From the NCBI GenBank assembly GCA_041941765.1, contig CP145869.1:150001-182000 (forward strand): a stretch of DNA of 32,000 nucleotides, read 5' to 3'. A model generated the notes under the pieces. That model did not search any database. It was given only the letters and a program-made list of their open reading frames with translations, and was not told where the DNA came from. The DNA is from Candidatus Saccharimonadota bacterium (GTDB lineage Bacteria; Pseudomonadota; Gammaproteobacteria; Enterobacterales; Enterobacteriaceae). Both the position numbers and the translations under genes were made by a program. Below are positions 23,316 through 32,000 of this stretch, piece after piece (the first letter of the stretch is position 1; every line of letters starts with the position of its first letter).

Positions 23316-24557
23316 GTGAAAATTTATCTTGTAGGAGGTGCAATTCGTAATAAATGCCTAAATTTGCCTGTTAAAGATAAAGATTGGGTTATTGTTGGTG
23401 CTACACCTCAAGAAGTATTAAAACTAGGTTTTAAACCCGTTGGAAAAGGTTTTCCAGTTTTTTTGCATCCAGTAACTGGTGAAGAATATGCCTTAGCACG
23501 TACGGAAAAAAAAACAGGAAAAGGTTATACAGGTTTTACCTGTTATACTGATCCAAATGTGAGTCTGGAGCAAGATTTACAACGTCGAGATCTTACTATT
23601 AATGCTATCGCATGTGATGAAAAAGGAAATTATTTTGACCCATTTAATGGAAGAAAAGATTTAGAATGTCGTATTCTTCGTCATGTTTCTAACAGTTTTC
23701 GTGAGGATCCTTTGCGTGTATTACGTGTAGCACGTTTTGCCGCTTGTTATGCTCATTTGGATTTTACTATTGCTAATGAAACACTTATGTTAATGCGTTC
23801 TATGTCAAAAAATGGAGAATTAATCGAATTAACTGCAGAAAGAATTTGGAAAGAAACTGAATTAGCTCTTCAATCATATAATCCCCAACTTTATTTTCAA
23901 GTTTTAAAACAGTGTAATGCATTAGAAAAACTTTTTCCAGAATTAGAGAGTTTATATAAAATTAATAGTTCAAAATTGATAAATATGGGAATTCATACTT
24001 TAAGATCATTATTTCTTGCTGCACAACTTAGTACGCAAATGGAAATTCGTTTTGCAACCTTATGTCATAATTTTGGAAAATTATTAAATACTAAAATGGC
24101 TTCAATTACAACACCAGCCCTACAAATAATGAATCATTCTTCTATTTTTTTGAAAGAAGACAAGTTAATAAAAAATTTTTGTCAACGATTACGTGTTCCA
24201 AATTATTTACAAACCTTTGCTATATTAGCAAATAAATTTCATTCAGTGGTACACCATATAAAAAACTTGCAACCTTGTATGGTAATTCAATTATTTAATT
24301 ATATCGATGCATGGCGTAAACCATATCGTATTGAACAACTCTCATTAGTGAGTGAAGTAAACGCACGTGCTTATTATTATCCTAAAAAAATATTATATTC
24401 ACAAGGTGAATATTTACGTATACTGTTTCAAATAGCTAAAAAAATTTCAGTTCAACAAATTATAGAAAAAGGTTTTCAGGGAATAAAAATTAATCAAGAA
24501 TTATCGAAATTGAGATGTCAAAAAATATCCAAATGGAAAAAACAACAGCTTATTTAG
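23316..24557 (+). CDS. cca: tRNA CCA-adding nucleotidyltransferase
   Basis: 413-aa ORF with a GTG start. MKIYLVGGAIRNKCLNLPVKDKDWVIVGATPQEVL..FPVFLHP.TGEEYALARTEKKTGKGYTGFTCY..RRDLTINAIA..EDPLRVLRVARFAA.. is collinear with E. coli Cca. The C-terminal HD-domain dyad reads HN (24066-24071) rather than HD. Confidence 0.96.
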   Translation: MKIYLVGGAIRNKCLNLPVKDKDWVIVGATPQEVLKLGFKPVGKGFPVFLHPVTGEEYALARTEKKTGKGYTGFTCYTDPNVSLEQDLQRRDLTINAIACDEKGNYFDPFNGRKDLECRILRHVSNSFREDPLRVLRVARFAACYAHLDFTIANETLMLMRSMSKNGELIELTAERIWKETELALQSYNPQLYFQVLKQCNALEKLFPELESLYKINSSKLINMGIHTLRSLFLAAQLSTQMEIRFATLCHNFGKLLNTKMASITTPALQIMNHSSIFLKEDKLIKNFCQRLRVPNYLQTFAILANKFHSVVHHIKNLQPCMVIQLFNYIDAWRKPYRIEQLSLVSEVNARAYYYPKKILYSQGEYLRILFQIAKKISVQQIIEKGFQGIKINQELSKLRCQKISKWKKQQLI

Positions 24558-24590
24558 TAGTTATTAAGATTATGATCTTTTTTAGCTGTT
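24544..24590. terminator. Candidate bidirectional terminator between convergent cca and tsaD
   Basis: AACAGCT (24544-24550) is the exact reverse complement of AGCTGTT (24584-24590). They enclose a small hairpin, AAGAT-tatg-ATCTT (24566-24579), followed by a T6 run. The left arm overlaps the last cca codons. The stems are short and AT-rich. Confidence 0.3.
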
Positions 24591-24601
24591 TATTATTAAT
24601 T

Positions 24602-25642
24602 TTAGGGGGTTAAATCTTCGGTTATTGACCAGTAAGGATTAACATTTATACTAAGAAATGAAGTATTTATTTGATTGATGTTATTCTTATACTGTTCTAA
24701 CTTCACCATTCCTGCATAAGCAATCATAGCTCCATTGTCAGTACAAAATTCGGGACGCGCATAAAATATTTCTCCTCCTAATTTAATTATCATTTGTTCT
24801 AATCGTAAACGTAGAGTATGATTGGCACTTACTCCACCTACCACAACCAGTCGATTAATTTTAGTTATTCTGATTGCACGTTTACATTTGATTATTAAAG
24901 TATCAATAATAGCATCTTCAAAAGCATAAGCAATATCAGCAAGATTTTGATAATCCTTATTATTTTTATAAGTATTAATTATATTCGCTGTATAAGTTTT
25001 TAAACCAGAAAAACTAAAATCTAATCCTGGACGGTCTGTCATAGGTCTAGGAAAAGTAAATTTTCCTTTTGAGCCTTGTAATGCTAAATTTGAAAGCATA
25101 GCTCCTCCAGGATAATCAAATCCCAATAATTTTGCTATTTTATCAAATGCTTCTCCTACTGCATCATCTAATGAATTTCCTAATAATTCATATTTACCAA
25201 TATTAATTACTTTAATTAATTGTGTATGACTTCCAGAAATTAATAAAGCAATAAAAGGAAACAATGGTTGTTTTTTTTCTAAGAAGGGAGCTAGAATATG
25301 ACCTTCAATGTGATTAATTGGGATTGCAGGAATATTTAATGAAAAAGCTAGTGCATGTCCTAAACTGGCTCCTACTAATAATGAGCTCATTAATCCTGGA
25401 CCAGCTGTATAAGCTATTGCATTAATATCATTAATATTTAATTTTGCTTCTTTTAATGTTATGCTAATTAATGGTGCTAAGTTTATTATGTGATGGCGAG
25501 CAGCTAATTCTGGTACTACACCACCATAATCTGCATGTAATGTACTTTGGCTATAAATTTTATTTACTAATAAACCTATCTTTTTGTCATAAATAGCTAC
25601 TCCAGTTTCATCACAGGAGGTTTCAATTCCCAGTATACGCAT
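24602..25642 (-). CDS. tsaD: tRNA N6-adenosine threonylcarbamoyltransferase TsaD (YgjD/Gcp)
   Basis: 346-aa ORF: [101 protein letters not shown]. It matches E. coli TsaD and is divergent from rpsU, as in E. coli. Confidence 0.98.
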   Translation of the reverse strand: MRILGIETSCDETGVAIYDKKIGLLVNKIYSQSTLHADYGGVVPELAARHHIINLAPLISITLKEAKLNINDINAIAYTAGPGLMSSLLVGASLGHALAFSLNIPAIPINHIEGHILAPFLEKKQPLFPFIALLISGSHTQLIKVINIGKYELLGNSLDDAVGEAFDKIAKLLGFDYPGGAMLSNLALQGSKGKFTFPRPMTDRPGLDFSFSGLKTYTANIINTYKNNKDYQNLADIAYAFEDAIIDTLIIKCKRAIRITKINRLVVVGGVSANHTLRLRLEQMIIKLGGEIFYARPEFCTDNGAMIAYAGMVKLEQYKNNINQINTSFLSINVNPYWSITEDLTP

Positions 25643-25658
25643 TTATTCTTTAATATAC

Positions 25659-25688
25659 TTTACATTATAATTATTTATGAATTATAAT
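25659..25688 (+). promoter_or_regulatory. Candidate sigma-70 promoter for rpsU-dnaG-rpoD
   Basis: TTTACA (25659-25664), an 18-nt spacer, TATAAT (25683-25688), about 50 nt upstream of the rpsU ATG. The rpsU Shine-Dalgarno GGAGG is at 25724-25728. TATAAT-like strings are frequent in this composition, so this is tentative. Confidence 0.3.
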
Positions 25689-25737
25689 AATTATCTTAAT
25701 GAAAATCAATAATATAATAAATTGGAGGTAATAATGC

Positions 25738-25953
25738 ATGCCAATAATTAAAGTACGTGAAAATGAGCCTTTTGATATTGCACTACGACGTTTTAAACGT
25801 TCTTGTGAAAAAGCAGGAATATTAGCTGAAATGCGTCGTCGGGAATATTATGAAAAACCAAGTACAGAAAGAAAAAAAGCTAAAACTTCTGCAATAAAGC
25901 GTCTATCTAAAAAGATAGCTAGAGAAACTGCACGTCGTATTCGTCATTATTAA
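25738..25953 (+). CDS. rpsU: 30S ribosomal protein S21
   Basis: 71-aa [52 protein letters not shown].., near-identical to E. coli RpsU. Confidence 0.98.
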   Translation: MPIIKVRENEPFDIALRRFKRSCEKAGILAEMRRREYYEKPSTERKKAKTSAIKRLSKKIARETARRIRHY

Positions 25954-25992
25954 TGAGATTAGATTTGTTGGTATAAAAAATAATAAAAGATT

Positions 25993-27735
25993 ATGGCTGG
26001 TAGAATAATTCCATCTGTATTTATTCAAAATTTACTTACTAAAATAGACCTTGTAAAAATTATTGAATATCGTCTAAACTTAAAAAAATATGGAAAGTAT
26101 TATCGTACTTGTTGTCCATTTCATAATGATCATACTCCTTCTTTTATTGTAAATCAAGACAGACAGTTTTTTTATTGTTTTGGATGTGGAAAACATGGAA
26201 ATGCAATTGATTTTATAATGAATTTTGAGGGTTTAAATTTTATTGAAACTATTCAAGAATTAGCAAATATATATGGTATTGAAGTAGAATATGAAAATAA
26301 TAATTTATATCAAATTAAATGGTCTTATCGTCAAAAGTTATATCTTCTAATGAAAGAAGTAACAAAATTTTATCAAAATGCTTTATGGCAAAAAACTGCA
26401 AAAATTGCTAGAAGATATTTTATACAACATGAAATTCGTAGAGGAATAATTGAAGATTATTGTCTTGGTTATGCTCCAGCACATGCTGATCTTATCAAAA
26501 ATTTCGGTCAAGATTTTTTAAATCATTTAATTGATATTGGGATAATTGTTACTAAATCACGCCACAATTATTATAATTTTTTTCGTGAACGTATTATTTT
26601 TCCTATTCGTGATCAATATGGAAGAGTAGTAGGATTTGGAGGAAGAAGCTTAAACTATAATACTCATCCTAAATACTTAAATTCTCCTAATACTATTCTA
26701 TTTAATAAAGGACGTCAATTATATGGTATTTATGAGTTATATAAAAAATGTTCAAAAAATACTTGTATTTTAGTTGTTGAAGGATATATGGATGTAATTG
26801 CGTTAGCACAAGCGGGAATTTATTATACGGTGGCTTTATTAGGTACATGTACTACTAGAGAACAAATTCAATATTTATTTCGTATAACCAACCATATTAT
26901 TTATTGTTATGATGGTGATTATGCAGGACGAAAAGCAGCTTGGAATGCACTTGTAACAAGTTTAGAATATATGTTTGATGATCATAAATTAAGTTTTATT
27001 TTTCTTCCTGATGGAGAAGATCCAGAATCTTTAATTCGAAAAAAAGGAAAATTTTTTTTTGAACAGAGTATACAAAAAGCACAATCTTTTTATGATTTTA
27101 TGTTCCATACTTTAAGTAACAAGATTAATCTTTCTTGTATTGAAGGTAAAGTGAAACTAAGTTCAATGGCATTACCTCTTATTAAAAAAATTCCAGGAGA
27201 CATATTACGTCTTTTTTTACATCAATTATTAGGTGAAAAAATTGGAATTTTTGATTATACTAAACTAATTAATTTAGTAAATACAAGAAGATATAATAAG
27301 TTTAAATGCGGTATAAAATTAAAATATACTCCAATTCGGATACTTATTACCTTATTACTTCAAAATCCATATCTTTCAAGTCTGGTTCCCGATTTAGAGA
27401 GTTTTAATAATATAAAAATTGCTGGATTATCACTTTTTATGGAATTATTAAAAATATGTAAAAATTATCCTAAAATTACTATGGGACAATTATTAGAATT
27501 CTACCGAAATAATAAAATGATAAAATATCTTGAAAAACTTGCAGTATGGAATCATATGATTATAGATACAGAAGTTGAAAATACTTTTAAAGATATATTA
27601 ACTAGTATATCTAATTTAGCACTTAAACAACGTCAAGATCAATTAATTGCAATAGAACGTAGTAAAGGATTAAATCTTGATGCTCGTAGAGAATTATGGG
27701 CTTTAAATAAAGCATTAGCAAAAAAAAATAAATAA
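25993..27735 (+). CDS. dnaG: DNA primase
   Basis: 580-aa ORF with the zinc-ribbon CCPFHNDHTPSFIVNQDRQFFYCFGCGKHGNAIDF, the TOPRIM region ..ILVVEGYMDVIAL..YCYDGDYAGRKAAW, and a C-terminal DnaB-interaction domain. Order rpsU-dnaG-rpoD is as in the E. coli macromolecular synthesis operon. Confidence 0.98.
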   Translation: MAGRIIPSVFIQNLLTKIDLVKIIEYRLNLKKYGKYYRTCCPFHNDHTPSFIVNQDRQFFYCFGCGKHGNAIDFIMNFEGLNFIETIQELANIYGIEVEYENNNLYQIKWSYRQKLYLLMKEVTKFYQNALWQKTAKIARRYFIQHEIRRGIIEDYCLGYAPAHADLIKNFGQDFLNHLIDIGIIVTKSRHNYYNFFRERIIFPIRDQYGRVVGFGGRSLNYNTHPKYLNSPNTILFNKGRQLYGIYELYKKCSKNTCILVVEGYMDVIALAQAGIYYTVALLGTCTTREQIQYLFRITNHIIYCYDGDYAGRKAAWNALVTSLEYMFDDHKLSFIFLPDGEDPESLIRKKGKFFFEQSIQKAQSFYDFMFHTLSNKINLSCIEGKVKLSSMALPLIKKIPGDILRLFLHQLLGEKIGIFDYTKLINLVNTRRYNKFKCGIKLKYTPIRILITLLLQNPYLSSLVPDLESFNNIKIAGLSLFMELLKICKNYPKITMGQLLEFYRNNKMIKYLEKLAVWNHMIIDTEVENTFKDILTSISNLALKQRQDQLIAIERSKGLNLDARRELWALNKALAKKNK

Positions 27736-27776
27736 AAATATAACTTTTACCAATTTTTTCCTATGGATATCATATT

Positions 27777-29618
27777 ATGGGACATAATCCACTGCCATTA
27801 AAACTTTTAATTAAAAAAGGTAAAGAACAGGGTTATCTCACTTATGCTGAAGTGAATGATCATTTTCCCGATGGTATTATTGAACATCATCAAATTCAAC
27901 AACTTATTCAGATGATCAATGATATGGGAATACAGATTGTAGAAAAAGCATCTGATACTACCAAAAATTTTTTATTAAATATTAAAAAACATCATAAATT
28001 TATTACTAATGAAGAAATATCATCTAATAATATTGATGATGATGATGATGAAAAATACGGAGGTCGTACTACTGATTGTATGCGTCTCTATATGCGTGAT
28101 ATGGGAGGCATAGCATTATTAACACGAGAAGGCGAAATTGATCTTTGTAAACGTATGGAAGATGGTATTAATCAAGTACAATATTCAGTTGCTGAATATC
28201 CAGAATCTATTAGATATGTTTTAGAGCAATATAATCGAATTGAACTATCTGAATTAAAATGGATTGATTTAATAGTAGGTTTTATTGATCCAAATTTTAA
28301 AGATGACATTCTTTATACTAGTACTACTGTTGCTGCACAACATATTGGCTCGCAAATATCTTATGATCGTGATGAGGATGATGATGATTATTATAATTAT
28401 AATCATATTGATCCAGTTTTTGCACGAGAAAAGTTTACGGCATTACGTATACAAAATGAAAAAACCAAACAAATTATTCAAAGCAAGGGTCGTAAACATC
28501 CAGAAGCTCTTATAGAAATAGATAAACTATGTAACATATTTAAAGAATTTCGTTTCAAACCTAAACAATTTAATATCTTAATTCATAAGATGCGTTTTAT
28601 GATGGAACGCGTACGTCTTCAAGAACGTCTTCTTACAACCTTATGTATTACAGACTGTCAAATACCTAAGGACATTTTTTATGAGTTATTTATTGGAAAT
28701 GAATCAAATGAATTGTGGCTTAAGCAGGCTCTTCGTATGGAGGATCAACCATGGTCTAAAAAATTACAGGAAAGTACTGAACAGATATTAATAATTTTGC
28801 AAAAACTTTCGCAAATTGAAGAAGAAACAGGTCTTACTATTGCACAAATTAAAGAGATTAATCGTCGAATGTCTCTGGGAGAAGCAAAAGCACGAGTCGC
28901 AAAAAGATCAATGGTAATATCTAATTTACGTTTAGTTATTTCTATTGGGAAAAAATATACTAGTCGTGGATTACAATTTATTGATGTAATTCAAGAAGGG
29001 AATCTTGGTTTAATAAAAGCAGTAGATAAATTTGAATATCGACGAGGATATAAATTTTCAACCTATGCTACTTGGTGGATTCGTCAGTCTATTACACGTT
29101 CTATAGCAGATCAAGGTAGAACAATTCGTATTCCAGTACATATGATAGAAACAATTCATAAAGTAAATCGAATGTCTCGAATAATCTTACAAGAAATAGG
29201 TCGTGAGCCAAGTAGACCTGAACTTGCAGCTCGTATGATGATGACTGAAGAAAAAATTATAAAAATATTCAAAATTTCAAAAGATCCTATCTCTATGGAA
29301 ACACCTATTGGTGATGATGAGAATTCATATTTAGGAGATTTTATTGAAGATACAAATGCACAAAGGCCTTTAGAAGCAGCTACTTTTGAAAGTCTTAAGG
29401 CTGCTACTAATGCAGTGTTGTCTAGTTTAACTCCACGTGAAGCTAAAGTATTACGAATGCGTTTTGGAATTGATATGAATACTGATCACACTTTAGAAGA
29501 AGTAGGTAAACAATTTGATGTAACACGGGAACGTATTCGTCAAATAGAAGCAAAAGCTTTACGAAAATTGCGTCATCCTAGTAGGTCTGCAATACTACGT
29601 ACTTTTCTTGAAGATTAA
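27777..29618 (+). CDS. rpoD: RNA polymerase primary sigma factor sigma-70
   Basis: 613-aa ORF: ..[29 protein letters not shown].., region 2 ..[73 protein letters not shown].., and region 4 ..[54 protein letters not shown]. Confidence 0.99.
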   Translation: MGHNPLPLKLLIKKGKEQGYLTYAEVNDHFPDGIIEHHQIQQLIQMINDMGIQIVEKASDTTKNFLLNIKKHHKFITNEEISSNNIDDDDDEKYGGRTTDCMRLYMRDMGGIALLTREGEIDLCKRMEDGINQVQYSVAEYPESIRYVLEQYNRIELSELKWIDLIVGFIDPNFKDDILYTSTTVAAQHIGSQISYDRDEDDDDYYNYNHIDPVFAREKFTALRIQNEKTKQIIQSKGRKHPEALIEIDKLCNIFKEFRFKPKQFNILIHKMRFMMERVRLQERLLTTLCITDCQIPKDIFYELFIGNESNELWLKQALRMEDQPWSKKLQESTEQILIILQKLSQIEEETGLTIAQIKEINRRMSLGEAKARVAKRSMVISNLRLVISIGKKYTSRGLQFIDVIQEGNLGLIKAVDKFEYRRGYKFSTYATWWIRQSITRSIADQGRTIRIPVHMIETIHKVNRMSRIILQEIGREPSRPELAARMMMTEEKIIKIFKISKDPISMETPIGDDENSYLGDFIEDTNAQRPLEAATFESLKAATNAVLSSLTPREAKVLRMRFGIDMNTDHTLEEVGKQFDVTRERIRQIEAKALRKLRHPSRSAILRTFLED

Positions 29619-29641
29619 AAAAATGTGATAAAATATATGAT

Positions 29642-29714
29642 GGCCCTTTAGCTCAGAGGTTAGAGCAGACGACTCATAATCGTTTGGTCGCTGGTTCAAA
29701 TCCAGCAAGGGCCA
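29642..29714 (+). tRNA. ileX: tRNA-Ile2 (anticodon CAU, lysidine-type)
   Basis: GGCCCTTTAGCTCAGAGGTTAGAGCAGACGACTCATAATCGTTTGGTCGCTGGTTCAAATCCAGCAAGGGCCA forms a cloverleaf with loop CTCATAA. The body closely matches E. coli ileX rather than elongator or initiator tRNA-Met (no GGG/CCC anticodon stem). It is downstream of rpoD, as ileX is in E. coli. CCA is not encoded (CTA follows). Confidence 0.85.
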
Positions 29715-29767
29715 CTAATATTATTTATTAAGTAAGTTTTTTATAAAAAAATACTATTTTTAGTTAT

Positions 29768-29852
29768 TGCCGAAGGCCGGATTTGAACCGGCATGCAATA
29801 TTATTGCGATTGATTTTGAGTCAATTGCGTCTACCAATTTCGCCACTTCGGC
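29768..29852 (-). tRNA. leuX: tRNA-Leu (anticodon CAA)
   Basis: The reverse complement GCCGAAGTGGCGAAATTGGTAGACGCAATTGACTCAAAATCAATCGCAATAATATTGCATGCCGGTTCAAATCCGGCCTTCGGCA is a class II tRNA with a long variable arm and anticodon loop CTCAAAA. It resembles E. coli leuX. CCA is not encoded. Confidence 0.92.
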
Positions 29853-29937
29853 ATTTTATTATATCTTAAAATAATTATTTTTATATGCATCATTACATTA
29901 TACCATTGAATAACAAATGCAATTTAGAGGAGAATTC

Positions 29938-31476
29938 ATGCATTTCAGTATTCAGCAAACGAATCTAAAAACCAACCCTCAAAATAGTGATTGTTTAGTT
30001 ATAGGAGTCTTTGAATCGCGAAAATTATCTGATTCTGCTAAAATGTTAGATGAAATAAGTAATTTGTATATTAGTACTTTGCTACTTCAAGGAGACCTTT
30101 TAGGTAAAATTGGTCAATATTTACTTTTATATAATATACCTAATATTCCTTCAAAACGTATTTTACTAATAGGTTGTGGTAACGAACATCAACTTAATAG
30201 AGATCATTATCAAACTATTATCAATAATATGATAAAGATTTTAAATGAAACTGGATCTAAAGAAGTTTTATTATTTTTAGCTGATGACTTAGATATTAAA
30301 TATTTTAATACGTATTGGAAAATACGTCAAGCAGTTGAAACCATCAAAAACGCATTATATGTTTTTGATAAATTTAAGAGTAAGAAACAAAAATCTAAAA
30401 AAAGTTGTCTGCATAAAATTATTTTTAATCTTTTACATTCTGAAGACATTTTTGTTGCAGAATTAGGTATTAAACATGGAATAGCTATTGCTGAGGGTAT
30501 CAAAATAGCAAAAGATCTTAGTAACTTACCACCAAATATTTGTAATTCATCTTATATGGATTTACAAGCTTATGAGTTATTTAACTTATATAAAAATATC
30601 AAAGTCTCATCAATTAATGAAAATACAATGAGAGATTTAGGTATGAATGCGTATTTAGCTGTAGGAGAAGGATCGAAAAATGAATCAATAATCACTATTA
30701 TTGAATATGTATCTAATTTAGATAAAAAACCTATTATTTTGATAGGGAAAGGATTAACGTTTGATGCTGGGGGATTATCTATAAAACCTGCACAGGCCAT
30801 GGAAGAAATGAAATATGATATGTGTGGTGCAGCTTCTGTATATGGTATTATGCATGTAGTTGCTAAATTAGAATTACCACTAAATATAATAGGAATTATT
30901 GCTAGTTGCGAAAATATGATTAGTGAAAAATCTTTTCATCCAGGAGATATTTTAACTACTATGTCTGGAAAAACAGTTGAAGTTTTAAATACAGATGCTG
31001 AAGGAAGATTGGTATTATGTGACGTTTTAACATATGTTGAAAGATTTAACCCTAAAGTTGTAATTGATATAGCTACATTGACTGGTGCATGTATAATTGC
31101 TTTAGGAAATGAGATTAGTGGATTAATATCTAATCATAATCATTTAGCATCAGAGTTACTAAAGGCTTCAGAACTATCTGGTGATTTAGCATGGCGTTTA
31201 CCCATGATAAAAAAATATCAAGATCAATTAATATCCAATTCTGCAGATCTAACAAATATTGGTGGACGTTCCAGTTATGCAGGAGCTATTACAGCAGCTT
31301 GTTTTTTAGCACGTTTTACTACGAAGTATAAGTGGGCACATTTAGATATTGCAGGTACTGCATGGCAATCAGGAAAAGGTGCTACGGGAAGACCAGTATC
31401 TTTAATATCTCAATTTCTATTAAATAAAAGTATGTCTTCTTCATTTTTTAAAAAACATGACAAAGTGTATAAATAA
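29938..31476 (+). CDS. pepA: Leucyl (cytosol) aminopeptidase PepA
   Basis: The ORF track starts at 29917. I prefer the ATG at 29938 (MHFSIQQ.. aligns with E. coli MEFSVKS..), which has GAGGAG 5 nt upstream. Conserved M17 signatures are present: ..[15 protein letters not shown]...[12 protein letters not shown].., [12 protein letters not shown], ..ATLTGAC.., ..[11 protein letters not shown]. Confidence 0.97.
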   Translation: MHFSIQQTNLKTNPQNSDCLVIGVFESRKLSDSAKMLDEISNLYISTLLLQGDLLGKIGQYLLLYNIPNIPSKRILLIGCGNEHQLNRDHYQTIINNMIKILNETGSKEVLLFLADDLDIKYFNTYWKIRQAVETIKNALYVFDKFKSKKQKSKKSCLHKIIFNLLHSEDIFVAELGIKHGIAIAEGIKIAKDLSNLPPNICNSSYMDLQAYELFNLYKNIKVSSINENTMRDLGMNAYLAVGEGSKNESIITIIEYVSNLDKKPIILIGKGLTFDAGGLSIKPAQAMEEMKYDMCGAASVYGIMHVVAKLELPLNIIGIIASCENMISEKSFHPGDILTTMSGKTVEVLNTDAEGRLVLCDVLTYVERFNPKVVIDIATLTGACIIALGNEISGLISNHNHLASELLKASELSGDLAWRLPMIKKYQDQLISNSADLTNIGGRSSYAGAITAACFLARFTTKYKWAHLDIAGTAWQSGKGATGRPVSLISQFLLNKSMSSSFFKKHDKVYK

Positions 31477-31563
31477 AAATTCAAGAATTTTTCTAATTAT
31501 ATTATAGGGACATTATTCTTAATTCTCCATAATAATAGCTACTATCTATGTCATTAGAATTTT

Positions 31564-32000
31564 ATGAAAACTAAATACAATCCAAAAGAAATAGAACAGC
31601 CAATATATGAATATTGGGAAGAACAAGGATACTTTCATCCGCATGGCAATACTTCTAAAGAAAGTTTTTGCATTATGCTTCCACCACCAAATATTACGGG
31701 AAATTTGCATATGGGGCATGCTTTTCAGCAAACTATTATGGATATATTAATTCGTTATAATCGTATGCAAGGTAAAAATACTTTATGGCAAGTAGGTACA
31801 GATCATGCTGGAATTGCTACACAAATTATAATAGAACGTAAATTGGCTTTGCAATGTGGAGAACATCGAAAACAGTTTGGAAGAAAAAATTTTATCAATC
31901 ATGTTTGGCATTGGTCCAAAACTTTAAAACCAATTATTATTAATCAGATGAAACGTTTAGGGAATTCTGCAGATTGGCAACGTGAAAGATTTACAATGGA
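31564..32000 (+). CDS. valS: Valyl-tRNA synthetase, N-terminal ~145 codons (continues beyond window)
   Basis: Translation from ATG 31564 gives [87 protein letters not shown]...[16 protein letters not shown]. It is collinear with E. coli ValS, including the class I HIGH-type motif (HMGH). The frame is open to the window end. Confidence 0.96.
   Translation, partial: MKTKYNPKEIEQPIYEYWEEQGYFHPHGNTSKESFCIMLPPPNITGNLHMGHAFQQTIMDILIRYNRMQGKNTLWQVGTDHAGIATQIIIERKLALQCGEHRKQFGRKNFINHVWHWSKTLKPIIINQMKRLGNSADWQRERFTM

Noticed and set aside
28035-28049. (GAT)5 microsatellite, and a second Asp/Tyr/Asn-rich stretch (about 28370-28410), in rpoD.
   Set aside because: Both fall in the acidic non-conserved region of sigma-70, which is also Asp/Glu-rich in E. 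coli. The frame is intact. This is compositional drift, not a functional repeat.
29715-29767. A/T-only near-palindrome (GTTTTTTATAAAAAAAT) between the convergent ileX and leuX genes, considered as a bidirectional terminator.
   Set aside because: The stem would be entirely A:U with a mismatch. That is thermodynamically negligible and typical of AT-rich spacers.

Overview
The window is strongly AT-rich (roughly three-quarters A+T by eye, not computed) and almost gap-free. It reads like a reduced-genome, Enterobacterales-derived insect endosymbiont chromosome of the Buchnera/Blochmannia/Wigglesworthia type; the species cannot be identified from sequence alone. Nearly everything is core information-processing or energy machinery, arranged as E. 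coli-like synteny blocks with the dispensable genes excised. The minus strand carries proS (partial), rpoC, rpoB, rplL, rplJ, rplA, rplK, nusG, secE, the thrU-tyrU-glyT-thrT tRNA cluster (no tufB), and a clearly dead murB. A strand switch follows, to mnmG and atpBEFHAGDC on the plus strand. After that come cca, tsaD (minus), rpsU-dnaG-rpoD, tRNA-Ile2 (ileX), tRNA-Leu(CAA) (minus), pepA and valS (partial). I found no rRNA, CRISPR array, IS or transposase, phage genes, or multi-gene accessory island. The one accessory gene is an intact, exported, single-HKD phospholipase-D-superfamily (Nuc endonuclease-like) lipoprotein at 22667-23227, wedged between the atp block and the cca block. Other points worth a second look are: the multi-lesion murB pseudogene, plus absence of glmUS and uppP from their ancestral slots (peptidoglycan pathway decay); the strand-polarity switch at the murB relic/mnmG junction, a candidate replication origin without convincing DnaA boxes; five of six tRNA genes lacking encoded CCA alongside a Cca whose HD domain looks eroded; compressed r-protein/rpoBC leaders; and slippage-prone A8-A10 tracts inside essential genes. 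I do not see evidence for a novel multi-component system here. Coordinates, translations and motifs were read directly from the sequence. Comparisons with E. coli proteins and gene order are from memory.
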